DNA of 64,000 bases from Orbicella franksi. Lineage: Eukaryota. The stretch is taken from positions 25,730,001 through 25,794,000 of the forward strand of contig OZ116698.1 of the NCBI GenBank assembly GCA_964199315.1, written 5' to 3'. The translations under genes were made by a program, and so were the position numbers. This document shows positions 51,801 through 63,924 of the stretch, one piece after another; positions within the stretch are counted from its first letter, which is position 1, and every line of letters starts with the position of its first letter. The notes under the pieces are model-generated. The model searched no databases. It saw only the letters and a list, made by a program, of their open reading frames with translations, and was not told the origin of the DNA.

Positions 51801-54018
51801 GCTTCAAAAGTTATCGCCAAAAGAATGAAGCGTCTTTTACCTGGATTAATTCACCATAATCAATCAGGATATATTCCAGGCAGAAATATTAGCAAAAATA
51901 TACGTTCAATTTTGGATATAATGAAATATACGAAAGTTAAGAAACTACCTGGTCTTTTATTATTTATTGATTTCGAAAAAGCCTTCGATAACTTAGAATG
52001 GGACTTCCTTCAAAAATGTTTAGAAAAATTCAATTTTGGACCAGATTTTAGAAGATGGGTTCATATCTTCTACAATGACGTTCAAAGTTGCGCAATGAAC
52101 AACGGCTTATGTTCTCACTACTTCCATATAAAACGTGGAGTAAGGCAAGGGGACCCCCTCTCTCCTTACCTTTTTGTCACCGCGGTGGAAATCCTAGCGA
52201 TTGCTATACGAAATCAAGAAAATATTAAAGGAATAACTATAGCTGGTTTAGAAACTAAATTGTTGCAATTTGCCGATGACACAACTGCTGTTCTATCAGA
52301 CTTGGACTCAGCACGCGCCTTGTTTGCATTGCTTGAACTTTTTGAGAAAGCATCTGGACTTAAACTAAATGTAACGAAAACAGAAGCAATGTGGATTGGG
52401 TCACTTCAGAATTGTGAAATGAACCACTAGGGGTCGAGTGTAAAACGTGCGTCAAATTTTTAGGAATATATATTACATATGATGTACAAATATTAGTAGA
52501 AAAAAACTTCAAACAGAGGTTGAAAAAAATTAAAAACACAATAAATCTATGGAAGTCAAGAGGATTATCAATTTACGGGAAGGTAAATATTATTAAAACA
52601 CTTTCATTTCCAAAAATGATCTATCCTAGTTCGGTGATATGTACTCCGTATGAAGTCATGAAAGAATTCAATAGTCTGATTTCTCGATTTTTGTGGAATG
52701 GTAACGACAAGGTTACCGACTTTCAACATTTGCACCCTACGACCAAGGTTGCCTTAAAATGTTAGATTATGATAATATGGTTAAGGCTTTGAGGCTAAGC
52801 TGGTTAAAACGAATAGTCGATCCAGATTACTTTGGTTTCTGGAAGTCTTATCTTGATCATCTTTTGGTGAACGAAGGGGGGTTATTTTTAATTCAGTGCA
52901 ATTACGATATCAACCGATTAACAATCTCAGCAACTTTCTATCGAGAACTATTGGATTGGTGGTCAAAATTAAGAGAAGTCAAGGATCCCGAAAATATACA
53001 TAGGTATATATTATGGAACGACAAAGAAATAAGGATTGACGGCAAAAGTGTCTTCTATAAACATTTCTTTGATAATAATATCATATACACAACTCATCTG
53101 CTTTATGAGATGACAAATATTGAGTCTTTCAATGTCGTCAGGGGTGCAGGACTGAAGAACTCCAACTTCTTAGTATGGACAGGTCTAAGGCAATCAGTTC
53201 CACTGAAACTGCGTGTTCATAAACCCAATTTCGAGAATATCCTTGATTTAGAAAAATTTAAGTGTCGTGATCATTATCATCTTTTTATAAGGCAAAAATA
53301 CCAAAAACCAAATAAATGGGCTAAGTTGAAAGAAGAATTTAATCTAGAGGATAAGCAACTTTCGGAGGCATTCGTGATGCCACTGAGAGTTGCAAATGAA
53401 CCTTATGTACGTTCTTTTCAGTATAAAGTGCTGAATTCTATTCTATATACAAATGAATTACTTTGTAAGATAGGCTATATTTCTGACCCCAAGTGTTCCT
53501 TATGTTATCAGACTACTGAGACCATATCTCATATTTTCTTTGGCTGTTCTTTTTCTACTTCCTTTTGGAATGAGATACGTGAAAAAATTTTAAATAAACT
53601 TAATAGTTACGTTTGCCTCTCTTTAGAGTATCGCGAGATTATTTTAGGATTTTTAACGGGGGAGATGGATCTGCAAAACTATATAATCATTTTAGGAAAA
53701 ACGTACTTGTGGACTTGCCGGTGTAAAGAAACGAAACCATCTTTCAGCCACTTTGAAAGAATTTTATTAAATAAATATCAAATCGAAAAGTATATTTCCT
53801 TGGAATCAAATAACATCAATCTGTTTAAGAAAAAGTGGAGAATTTTTGAGGAATCGTTTCTTTTAAACACTTATGGAAAAGAAAAAATTGTACAAGTAGT
53901 GTAAGTATAAGTAGTATAAGTAGCATGTATATTGTAAGTGTAAATGTAATTATAACATCGGTAATGTAAGTAGTATAAGTGCTCAGGCTGTAAATAAAAT
54001 TCGATTCAAAAAAAAAAA
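48887..54018 (+). mobile_element. Full-length decayed L1/Tx1-clade LINE: ORF1 48995-49894, ORF2 50187-53904 (APE endonuclease, RT, C-terminal zinc-knuckle region)
   Basis: ORF1 has a coiled coil plus L1-type motifs (LERYSR...AHR...PRPII). ORF2 has SLNTRG, FLQETH, MGGDLN, QGDPLSPYLF and QFADD. It carries stops at 50775, 50910 and 51198 and frameshifts at ~52430 and ~52760. AATAAA at 53993 and poly-A at 54008-54018. The 5' boundary is approximate. Confidence 0.92.
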
Positions 54019-54103
54019 GATATATAGGAGTAAAATACCGTGATGTTTGTTTCCAAGAAAAAAAAAAACAGGTTCAACCGTTAAGTGGTCATATGATAAA
54101 ATG

Positions 54104-54760
54104 CTTATTGACTGAGTAAGGTCGGGCCGGACGGGAAAATATTTGTCTCTCGATCAGGACGCACGGACCTCGCTGCGCTCGCTCCTTACGTCCTGACCTC
54201 GAGCCAAATATTTTCCCGTCCGACCCTCCCACTCAGTCAATAAGTACATATTATGAAAGCCCCCCACACACGCACTTAGCAACAAACCTTGATTCATTCC
54301 TCGCTTTGGAAGAAAGTTATTCCCTCCCGAAAGATAAGTCACGTTGTTGTTATTGTCAGACCACGTGAACTTGCCGAAAAACTGCTGTGTCGTACAATTA
54401 CTAGACGAATCTGAGAAAATAAGAGATAATCGTAATTTATTATTACCATTTATAATATAGATAGGACCCTGAGCGCGCTCTGATTGTTTGAAAACCAATG
54501 TTTCATCAGAGTATAAAACATAGAAAAAGTGTGTTTTATCGTTTTTTGTCACATTACCTCTATATCATAAAGCAAATGAAGAAGCCTAACCTGTGTATTA
54601 CACTGTGATAAAACACTCCGAACATTTGAGAACGCTCCAGAAATGTGGAAAACACTCGCCTGCGTCTCCTGTTTTCTACATTTCCCTCGTGTTCTCAAAT
54701 GCCCGTCGTGTTTTATCACAGTGTAATACACGGCTTAGGGTTCTTTATTTGTTAAATAAT
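54104..54760. mobile_element. Two adjacent long-hairpin miniature elements (54104-54244 and 54593-54731)
   Basis: Near-perfect inverted arms: cttattgactgagt/actcagtcaataag and gtgtattacactgtgataaaacac/gtgttttatcacagtgtaatacac. Confidence 0.75.
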
Positions 54761-55220
54761 TCGTATGGGTTCATCGAGCGCATTTTATGCTGTTACACAG
54801 TGAGATTTAAGGCCCGGTTTAAACGCCGCTCTACCCGTGTGCCGGACCTACTCATAGCTTAAGAGCGGCGTCTAAATTAGTTCGGCAAGTCCCTTCCTGA
54901 AGAGTTGGTGCATGAGAATTCCTGTCACCTCAACAGTTCGATTTCCCCATTTTATTTACTCTCCGTTATATATTTTGTCTCATGAGTTCACCTCTACGTT
55001 CGCAAATTAAGTCGCTCTCGAAGAGTCGGACAAACCAGTGGACGCAAGCGTCCATGGCAACTTCAGAGACACACGTAAGTAACTTCCCCCGGCCTTTCAA
55101 TTTCAGATTTGCAACCGTTTTAAGTTACAGTTCGTTATCTACTTCATTTACAGTTCACGCAAACAAAACCATTAAGTTCTACTTATCAGTCTTTCCTGAA
55201 CAAACTCTGAAGCTACTAAC

Positions 55221-55475
55221 CTCCAACGTTGCTTTTCATCTTGTACTTTGCTTTAGTCGTTACTCTAAATGCTCCTGAGTTAATAGTTCCTTTCAAGCCT
55301 GAACTGAACTCCATTGCAATTAACATTTCCCATTTGTTCCTTTCCATGACATCAGCCTTTTCTAACCTGTAGACTACATCACCCTCTCGTGTCTTGAACA
55401 CCGACCCAAGATCTACGACGACAACTCGACATCCTGGGTCACTTTGAAGAATATTTACATCTAGTTCAACTGGGC
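55221..55475 (-). CDS. Cluster gene E, exon 3 (GPVELDV...YRLEKADVMERNKWE...SGAFRVTTKAKYK)
   Basis: Acceptor aacctacag|gc and donor ggag|gttagt, both phase 1. Homologous to exon 3 of C. Confidence 0.85.
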
Positions 55476-55574
55476 CTGTAGGTTCAAAAACGTGTGTTAA
55501 TGAACTATAGCTATTTCAGTCATTTAATAAGCGAGAAGTGTCCTTAATGACGACCACCAAATACATTATAAGTT

Positions 55575-57410
55575 AACAACAACAACAACAACAACCATTT
55601 ATTTGTACTCACAATTTATAAGATAATTACAATAAACATTAAATTAGTATAGAGTACTGCCTGCCCAAAATAACCATAAGGGTTAAAAAGAATGGGCAGA
55701 CATTAAGTTACATAGATTATTTATACAGTTATCGGTCGGTAACACACTTACACACACACTCACAAATATAAAGATACAAACAGAAAGGAAACTTACAGCG
55801 GAACAGAATATATCCTTATGAATTAATTAAAATAATTGTAATATTTAATATGAATCAATAAAGTGTATTTTTAATTTCTTCTTTAATTGAAAATCAAGTA
55901 ATTTTTTGTCAGACTCATCAAGAGAATTCCAGATTTTAGGTCCCTGATATCTAATGTTGAAGATCCCGAAATTAGTTCTGGTTTTGGGCAATGAATAGGA
56001 TTGTTTGGAAGCAAGTCTCGTATTATAGGCATGAATTTCATTAACTGTAGTAAAATAATGATTAAAAGGAGATGGCAATTTTTTACGATGGAATTTATGC
56101 ATAAAGATTGCAATATTTAAGACATAAAGATCAGGGAGTTTGATTATAGTAAGATATTTAAAAATTGGACTAGAGTGAGCATCAAATTTAGAGAAGGTTA
56201 TTATGCGCATGGCTTTTTTCTGTAGAATATGTAAAGGTTTCTGGGAGGTTGGATAAGAACTGCCCCAGGCGATAATGCCATAGATAAGGAAAGGATAAAT
56301 TAAGGTATAGTATAGATTAATTAAAATATTTAGATTTGTAAAATAACGGATTTTAGACAGAATACCTATACTTCTTTTGATCTTTTTAGCAATGTAATTC
56401 ACATGACTTTTCCAATTTAGATGGGAATCAATAAAAATACCAAGATATTTGATTGAGTATTCTCTTGTCAATTCTTTTCTATTAATTGTCAACTTAACAT
56501 CCTGTATTAATTTCTTTTGTGGAGGATGAAATGTAACACAATTTGATTTATCTATACTTAAAGACAGTTTATTAGCGCATAACCATATATAAATGTTATT
56601 TAATTCCATGTTTATATTAGACTGGAGGGTGAGAAGATTTTTATGTTTATAAAACAAGTTAGAATCATCCGCAAAAAGGTGGAAGTCTAGTAGTTTTGAA
56701 CATTTATTGAAATCATTTATATACAAAAGAAAAAGTAATGGCCCGAGGACTGAGCCTTGAGGGATTCCACAGGATACTGGATGCAAGTCTGATTTTATGT
56801 TATTCAATGAAACAAATTGTTGTCTATTGCTAAGGTATGAAACAAGCCACTCTTTAGCAATTCCTCGGATTCCATACTGTTCTAGCTTTTTAACTAGGAT
56901 ATTATGGTTAACAGTGTCAAAGGCTTTGCTAAAATCAAGAAATATCCCACAAGAATAGCTCCTTTCCTCGACTGCTAATTGGATTTTATCAATGATACTT
57001 AATATTGCATGATCTGTTGAATAATGTGCACGAAATCCAAATTGTTTGTCATAGAGGATATTTTTCTTTTGTATAAAATTGATAAGTCTATTGCACATTA
57101 GTTTTTCTAATAGCTTATTAAATATTGATAAAAGGGAAATTGGTCGATAATTATTCAAACTAGTATGTGAGCCTTTTTTAAACACTGGAATAACTCTAGC
57201 TATCTTGAAGCTACTTGGTACTATCCCTGATGAAAAAGAGGCATTAAATAATATTTCTAATGGTTTAGATATTACTTGCTTTATAAGCTCCAGTGCTGTA
57301 ATTGGTATGTTGGAGGGTCCACAGGCCTTACCAGCTTTAAGGCTTGCGATTTCAATTTCAATTTCTGTAGCTGTTACAGGAAAAATAAAGAAACTATCGG
57401 GATTTAATAC
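55575..57410 (-). mobile_element. CR1/L2-group LINE, sense part: RT and C-terminus (open frame 57410-55845), 3' UTR, AATAAA and (GTT)n tail
   Basis: NYRPISLLS, FLDFSKAFDTV, QGSVLGPLLFLLYIND and FADD motifs with no stops. The tail reads aacaacaac on the + strand at ~55575-55595. Confidence 0.92.
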
Positions 57411-57710
57411 TATTATACTTCTGAAACTTTTAATAATGACAATGACATTATTGAATGCTTTAATGGAAAAAATTCCTTTTCAGCACTAAATTGTAATATT
57501 AGGAGCCTTTCTGCCAATTATGACAATCTTGTAAATCTGATATCTGAATTAGCCTTTACATTTTCCTTAATAGGTCTCACTGAAACCAAAATTAAACTTA
57601 ATCAAGATCCTATAGTAAACATTAAGTTATCTGGTTATCATTATTTATCACAACCTACTTATTCTAATGCCGGTGGTGTAGGTTTTTATATAAAGGAGGA
57701 TTTAGAATTT
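57408..57710 (+). mobile_element. Inverted 5' segment of the same LINE: N-terminus of the APE endonuclease
   Basis: The + frame from 57408 reads YYYTSETF...FSALNCNIRSL...LIGLTETKI...SNAGGVGFYIKEDL, typical APE-endonuclease motifs in the opposite orientation to the adjacent RT. Confidence 0.85.
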
Positions 57711-57718
57711 TATCCTAC

Positions 57719-57970
57719 CAACAGTGTCGTGTGTCCTAATCGCAGCCTCGACACATCTTTGAGTAAAAGCACGAATTCTAGTGATTTCATCAGATGCTTG
57801 AGCCACGACAGTTACTTTCGAGTCTTCCAAACAGTACTTTAATCCTTTATTAGTTTTCTTCGTCTTTTTATTGTAAACATCTTTGAGGTCAATTACTTGG
57901 ATTTCTACTTCAACTTCTGAAATCTTGTTTGACGACTCTTGACCAGAGAGGGGGCTGCCTGCATCGTTTC
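57719..57970 (-). CDS. Cluster gene E, exon 2 (...EVEIQVIDLKDVYNKKTKK...QRCVEAAIRTHDTV)
   Basis: Acceptor ggtttcag|ga and donor gttg|gtagga, both phase 1. Homologous to exon 2 of C. Confidence 0.85.
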
Positions 57971-58000
57971 CTGAAACCAACACTAGAACTGTAATATTTA

Positions 58001-58300
58001 ACAATTATTCCATGAAACCGCGTTGGATATGAAGTGATAAATAACCAACGAGCGCGTAGCGCGAGTTGGTTATGATCACTTCATATCCAACAAGGTCGAA
58101 TGGAATAATTGTTTTAGTATATTCTTAATCGGGTTTTTGCCGCCGATTTTTATTTCAACAATTTTACAGAGCGGAAAATTTTTAAACTTGGCGCACTGTT
58201 TTCCATATAAGGTAAAACTCCGACTAATGGCTCATAGTCGGAGTTTTTGAGCCAATCAGAGAGCTAGAAATGCAATAGTCGGAGCTGAGAATATACTAAA
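58001..58300. mobile_element. Long-hairpin miniature element (acaattattcc...ggaataattgt family)
   Basis: Arms at 58001-58049 and 58065-58112. A related copy lies at 16935-17045. Confidence 0.7.
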
Positions 58301-58908
58301 TTTTGATAGTCGAAATGTACTGGTCTAGAACACAACTCCACAGAAAATGGTTGTAGATTTAGTTTGGTATTAATGTTCTTGGTTTGCGGGAATTTTTCTA
58401 AGCGATAAGACTTTGTGGAACATACGCCGGGGCAGTGACTTTCGCATTGCAGGTCAGTGAGTTCTTCACTGCGAGAAGTTTGTTTCTTCTTGGCCACGAA
58501 CGAAAGAGGAACCTTCCGCGAGAAACCGTTCGTTTCTTCGAGTGAGCCACCGTTCAGCGCCTTGAACGAATAAAAAAGCCGGCAATTGCAAACGGTTGCT
58601 TGTAATGCGGGTTTCTATCTCGTTCGTGGCGGGGTAGAATCCAACTTCTCGCAGGGTAGGCGTGTTCAGAATCGCTTCATTACGTTCACAAAATTCACTA
58701 CAGTACTTATTTATGCCGTTTGACAACGCTCTTTATAACACTACAAGGAATAGAGGAAAACAAGTTACGTGAACTGACAATATTTCGCAAAATGCAAAGA
58801 GTATGACTGCTCTAATTTGCCAACATAACTTAGCCTTCGTTCTGCACTAAGAATGGTATACTCCACAATATGAGAATGTGAGATACGATAAACAAGAAGT
58901 GTACTCAC

Positions 58909-59098
58909 CTAGTACAGCGTTCGAGAGTAATCCGCTCGACGTTCCTTCTGTTTCCAGCATGGAGCTTAAGTTGTGGATTTCTGGGGCAGTAAGTGGTTCT
59001 GTGACATTTAGAGGTGCATGGCCCAGCTCAGACTGAATAAACTCGTCAATATCGTTAAGTCTTTCCTCAAGGAAAGCGTCGATCTCGTGGCCACTCAT
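58909..59098 (-). CDS. Cluster gene E, exon 1 (MSGHEIDAFLEERLNDIDEFI...)
   Basis: ATG at 59098 and phase-1 donor ctag|gtgagt at 58908. Shares LNDIDEFI with copies B and C. Confidence 0.85.
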
Positions 59099-59963
59099 TT
59101 AGATTAAAACAAATAGACTCGTGCGTTGAGTCCTTGAAATTAGATTTAGGATGATTTCTTATCTGAAGTTGTCCTTTTGGTCGGCTGCAAAGGAAGTGTT
59201 AACCAGTTCGCCTAACGTGTTTTCATGGCCCTCGCGCTTGAGTAGGAGTGCGAGGGCGAGACAGGATAAACAAGTCTAAGAGTTGAGGGGGCGGAAAAAT
59301 GGAAGTCACACATCTTGACAACGGAAGTGCTACCGGTCAGTTGATTCAAATTTCCCTCTTTGCTTTATTACAACACCTTATCGAAAGAATAGTCTCAATG
59401 TCCAATTCTGATGTTAAATACTTTAGAACTTACCGCGCGACTTCTCCGTCTACATTATATAAAATTCTGCATAACTGTATGTAGATAAATGAAGCGTGAA
59501 GCGTCAATAGTTACACAGACTGACACAATATCAGTTAACATCATCCCCTGTACACCACAGCTTAGGTTTGTTCGTTTTCCTTTGTACAGTCTTTGAATAC
59601 ACGCGGCCTCACAAGTTAAGTGGTTGTGGTATAGATAAAGAAGTCAGCGCAGGGGCATAGCGACCTCCAGATCCAGTAAAGTATATGTATATATATAAAA
59701 TATAAATCTATTGGCGAAACGCGTCTTTAATAATGAAATCGGCTAGTTCCACAGTCTCTAGTCTCGTTACTAAATAATCACCGTTTTAATATTTACTCAG
59801 TGTTTCGATTTATGAGATTGTTTACCGGAAAACGTAGGAAATGTTATTTCCGGAACCCTTAAAATAAATATTTCCTGTTGCAGGGGGTGGCATGAGCATG
59901 CCCCAAAACCGCTCCTTGGCGGCGGGCGCCTTCGACGCTCTATAACTTCCGCTTTGTTGTTTA

Positions 59964-61805
59964 AAGGTAAAGTAACGTCTGCCAGGAGCATGAATGCGGA
60001 AGAGCTTGCTCAAAGGCTGATTCAGTGCCTAGCTGTGGAGTATGGAATGCAACCAAACCATCTTCTAGCAGCAATGAGAGATGGTGCATCAGTAAATGAA
60101 GCTGGATTGCGTCATGTTTTTCTTCCCCGATATTCTTAATGTCATCTATTTCTCACACACAGTCGATAATATTGGGAAACACTTTGAATTTAGTGTCCTA
60201 GACACATTTTCTAGGTGTTGGAACACCATGTTTTCTCTCAGTCCAGCTGCTCGGCTGTTGTGGAAGACAAGAACTGGCACAGCAATGCGACTTCATTCCA
60301 AAACCAGATGGTGGAGCAAATGGGAAGTCCTCAATCAGGTCATGGAGTTTTATGGAGATGTTGAGCCCTTTCTAAGAGAAAATGATAACCTGTCTCCTGT
60401 TTGCCGTGCAAGCCTGTTGCAGATTTTTGATGATCCAGCTACTGCCAGAGACTTAGACATTGAGGTTGCTGCTATGATTGATGCGGGCAAGCACTTTGTT
60501 CAAGCAACTTATTATCTTGAGGGGGATGGTCCCTTAGTATTTACTTGCTATGAGCGTTTGTCCGCATTAGCACATGCAATAGCCATTGAATCTTATCCAA
60601 ACACTGAGGCCAAAGCTCGCCAACATGCAGGTAGAAATATGGCATTGTACAACCAGTTAGTTGCTCAAGCAAAGGCATGTATCAATCCAGGCTTCCGCTT
60701 TTACCAACAGAAATTCAGTGTGCAATTCCATAATATTGTCCGTGCATTTAAGGCTGCACGCTTATGCTGCCCAATACAGGTGCAAACACTACATCCAACT
60801 GCTGTATCAGTCCAGGAACTAAAGCAATTTAGTTTCATTACTGATGCAGAAGTTGTACAGCTTGTGGAAGAGCTGCCAAACTATCTGGCCGTTGCTGATG
60901 GTGCAGCCATTGAAACAGAGGAAGGTTGTGATGAACGCTCAATGATCTATTGTAGTCTTACCGCAGTATTACGTAGTTCCGTTCTAATCAAAGGAACAAT
61001 TCAGCCTTATAGTTTCTGTACGTGCACGTAGCTATTAGATTTGTCAGTTGTATCCTCGCTTTCACCACGAACGCAAGTTACCTAAGTTGAAGAAGTTAAA
61101 AGTGACCGCCTAGTGAAGCCAAAGCAGTCTACCTTTAGAGGCAAGCGTAGGACTGATATGTAAGTGTTGTCTTTACCTTTTAATAGTTAGTTTCCACGGA
61201 ATTCTCAGTTAGTTTTCTTATCGATCGTATCTTATTAGTTATTGCAATTCCGTATATAGACTTGCTGTTTTCTACTGCCCTGCAGTCATAAGGTTTAGGT
61301 TAGTTTTCTAGTTTCGTCGCAGTTTAGTGTAAGTTAAGTACATAAGTATCACGTGGACCTCAATGCTCGCAAGAAGAACTGTTTCTTTAGTAGCTTATGC
61401 TTTATTTTTAATCAAATTTCAGTTTACGGCTAAACAACGATTATCGCAATTGGTGTCAAGGAAATAAATCAATTTGTCCTACACATCAGCGTGCTTTATT
61501 TCGTCAGCCCGTAAAGTAGTCCTATCTTTAAAAGTCGTCTTCACCGGCTCACGACACCTCTAGTTCGCTCGAGAGTCGCCGGCCGCTACAAAGGCAAAGT
61601 ACAGTGGTGGGCTACACATGCCGATGCTCTCCCAAATTGGTCTGCTGCAGTCAAAAAGATCTTTTTGGTGCAGCCTAGTTCAGCATCAGCTGAACGAGTG
61701 TTTAGCCTGCTGCAAAATGCATTTAGTAAGCAGCAAGAGGCAGCATTAGAGGAAACAGTGGAAACATCGGTCATGTTACGTTACAATGACAATAAGCGCA
61801 CATGA
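59964..61805 (+). pseudogene. hAT-superfamily transposase remnant (catalytic and dimerisation domains), split by a solo LTR
   Basis: RDGASVN, (C>Y)FSH, TRWWSK, WWATH and PSSASAERVFS motifs, with the stop at 61803-61805. There is a frameshift at ~60120, and the frame rejoins as EEGKVQWW when 60927-61595 is removed. Confidence 0.88.
60927..61590. mobile_element. Solo LTR (664 bp, Gypsy or BEL type)
   Basis: TG...CA termini (tgtga...ctaca), a 5-bp target duplication aaggt/aaggc (one mismatch) and an internal AATAAA at ~61463. It interrupts the hAT frame cleanly. Confidence 0.75.
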
Positions 61806-62282
61806 AATCTTGAATTATATGTCTGTAGAAGACTAGCTGGTGGTGCAAAACATTGACCAACAGGGACAGTGCTCTGTACTACATCCGCAAAGAAGTAAAT
61901 ATTGAAAGACTATGGTTTTATACCACATACAGTCATACACTCGTGTATCTCAGAGAAACTTTATATATTTAATAAGCATATTAGCAAAGTTTGTTTTGTT
62001 CGAATACAATCACGTGCTTATCGTAATAGAAAGCCAATACAGAGAATGATTTGAACAAAGTAGTTGATAAATAGAAATAAGAGACATTACACAAAACTGG
62101 GAGTTCAGCAGTTACTAATATCGCCTTGGAAAGGGAAGAAAAAAGAAAAAAAAAAGAAGTTATTACAACTCGGGGTATTCGTATTTGGTAACAAATCCAA
62201 GCATGAGCCCACCGAACAGGGCTTAACTTTGTTGAGCGGACGAGACGCGGTGCTGTCCTTGTGGTATTATGACTCTAAAAGT

Positions 62283-62405
62283 AAAGTCTGCATACGCGAC
62301 AAGTGGCTCATCAGGCCGGAGCTTATCCCGGTTTCAGTAGCATGAAGCAACTAGGAGTATTTCTATTCCCCCCTGGATGCGATGCTAGTCCATCGCAGGG
62401 TTACC
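62283..62405. mobile_element. SINE-like dispersed repeat fragment, with an inverted copy at 44655-44720
   Basis: tctgcatacg..caagtggct.atcaggccgg.gcttatcccgg.ttcagtagcatgaagc occurs at both sites in opposite orientation. Confidence 0.55.
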
Positions 62406-63582
62406 CATTCATGGCTTCTCATCGCCATGAACAAAGGAAAGATAAAAGTATAGAATGGTATGAGGTGAAGGAAACGAAAGGATTCATAATAAATCATTGT
62501 CTTGAGATTTTTCAAAGGATTAACAAACGTTTCTCTACAATAGATTCTTGGTTTCAAATGGTGACTATGCTTAACTGAGTAAAACGTCCCAGTCCTCATT
62601 AGAAGGGTTTCTATGGTGTATTTTGAAACCATAAGCACATACCACATTGTATACAAGCATTTAAGCATAACATTGATCGAAAACTGGCCACCGCTGTTCT
62701 CATCCCTAAGTTACGGTGGCCGCTGTGGAGAAGTTCAACTGTATTCAGTTTTAAACCTCACAGCTCTGGTTCCAAAGTGAACTTTACTCAATTACTGTTG
62801 CTTTTCGATACTCCTTGAGCGCCCTAAATGATTTAAACTGAACCATCCTACTGTCAGTATTTTGCTTTACTATTTAAATTAAGGAACATTGTTCAGCAGA
62901 TGGCTGGTAATCTAGCCAGAGGTTTCCAGCTCTTATCGTTTGATGGAACAGCATTACCACTCTTTAGGAGACGTTGCTACATAAACAATTTCCCAAGCAT
63001 TGGTGAATAAATTGTACTCATCTACTTAGGGTTACCGTAGCAATAGTATTACACATTTCTGTATGCAAAATTCAAGACGTTAACCATATATTTTCAAAAG
63101 CATTATTTTGTTTTTCGACTCAAATGAGTAAGTTTAGTTACACTCCAAGAAATGGAGAATGAATTGCAACCATGATACACTGGGAACCCACAGAAACCGG
63201 GCTGGGTGACTTAGAATCGGCTTTACAGTCCTTTACCCACTATTTACATTCTGTGACTGCATTTTTTTTTTTAAAAGTCCAAAGTCGTTTGCAGTAAAAT
63301 GCATATATACTTCCACAATTATTATCTTGTGGACCACGTACTATCTACTAGACAGCTTCATGTGTGCAGCTTGTAGAGATGTTCTTCAATGCGTCATAAA
63401 TTACAAATCAAAGCTAACCACAAATACTATAAATTTTTAGAACACCAGTGCATAAAGACATGTATGCTTAACTTATTTTCATATTTACAACAACAAAAAA
63501 AACACATGCTGCTATGTAACTAGTCTACACCAGGATAGTATATATTAATTGCACACATTTTACCGGCCGATAAGCAATAACC

Positions 63583-63924
63583 CTAGGCAAAAAGAGAGTC
63601 CGTCAACGAATATCCTTCGAACGTGTCTTCCTGCAACTCGCTCTGACTCAAGCTTGTTGATTTTCTCCTTGGCGCTTTAACGTTTATCGGCCTTTGACAA
63701 ACCCTTTGAATGATGTGAGCTTTTATACTCGATTTCTTCTGACGTTCGAAGAAACAACGCCCACAGGCCCACCAGAAAACTTGCTTAGTGCTCTTGCGAC
63801 AATCTGTCTTGTGACCCGTGCTGACCTGCAAAGAGCGTTTTCCAACCAGCTTCAACATACCAGGGAGGTCAGACTGCTCTATAACATAGCGAATCTTTGG
63901 GTTGTGACGGTAATACGTTGTGAC
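63583..63924 (-). CDS. Cluster gene F, terminal exon (upstream exons lie beyond the window)
   Basis: Acceptor atattccag|gtc, nearly identical to 43423-43764. The downstream ~1.2 kb (62420-63580) is also homologous to 42120-43420. Confidence 0.85.
   Translation of the reverse strand, partial: VTTYYRHNPKIRYVIEQSDLPGMLKLVGKRSLQVSTGHKTDCRKSTKQVFWWACGRCFFERQKKSSIKAHIIQRVCQRPINVKAPRRKSTSLSQSELQEDTFEGYSLTDSLFA

Noticed and set aside
54992-55093. Alternative candidate for exon 4 of gene E (102 nt, phase 1-1, open)
   Set aside because: The acceptor lacks a polypyrimidine tract and there is no peptide similarity to C exon 4. The 44808-44939 candidate has better signals and position.
57205-57489. 94-aa + strand ORF
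   Set aside because: It is the antisense shadow of LINE ORF2, running across the inversion junction.
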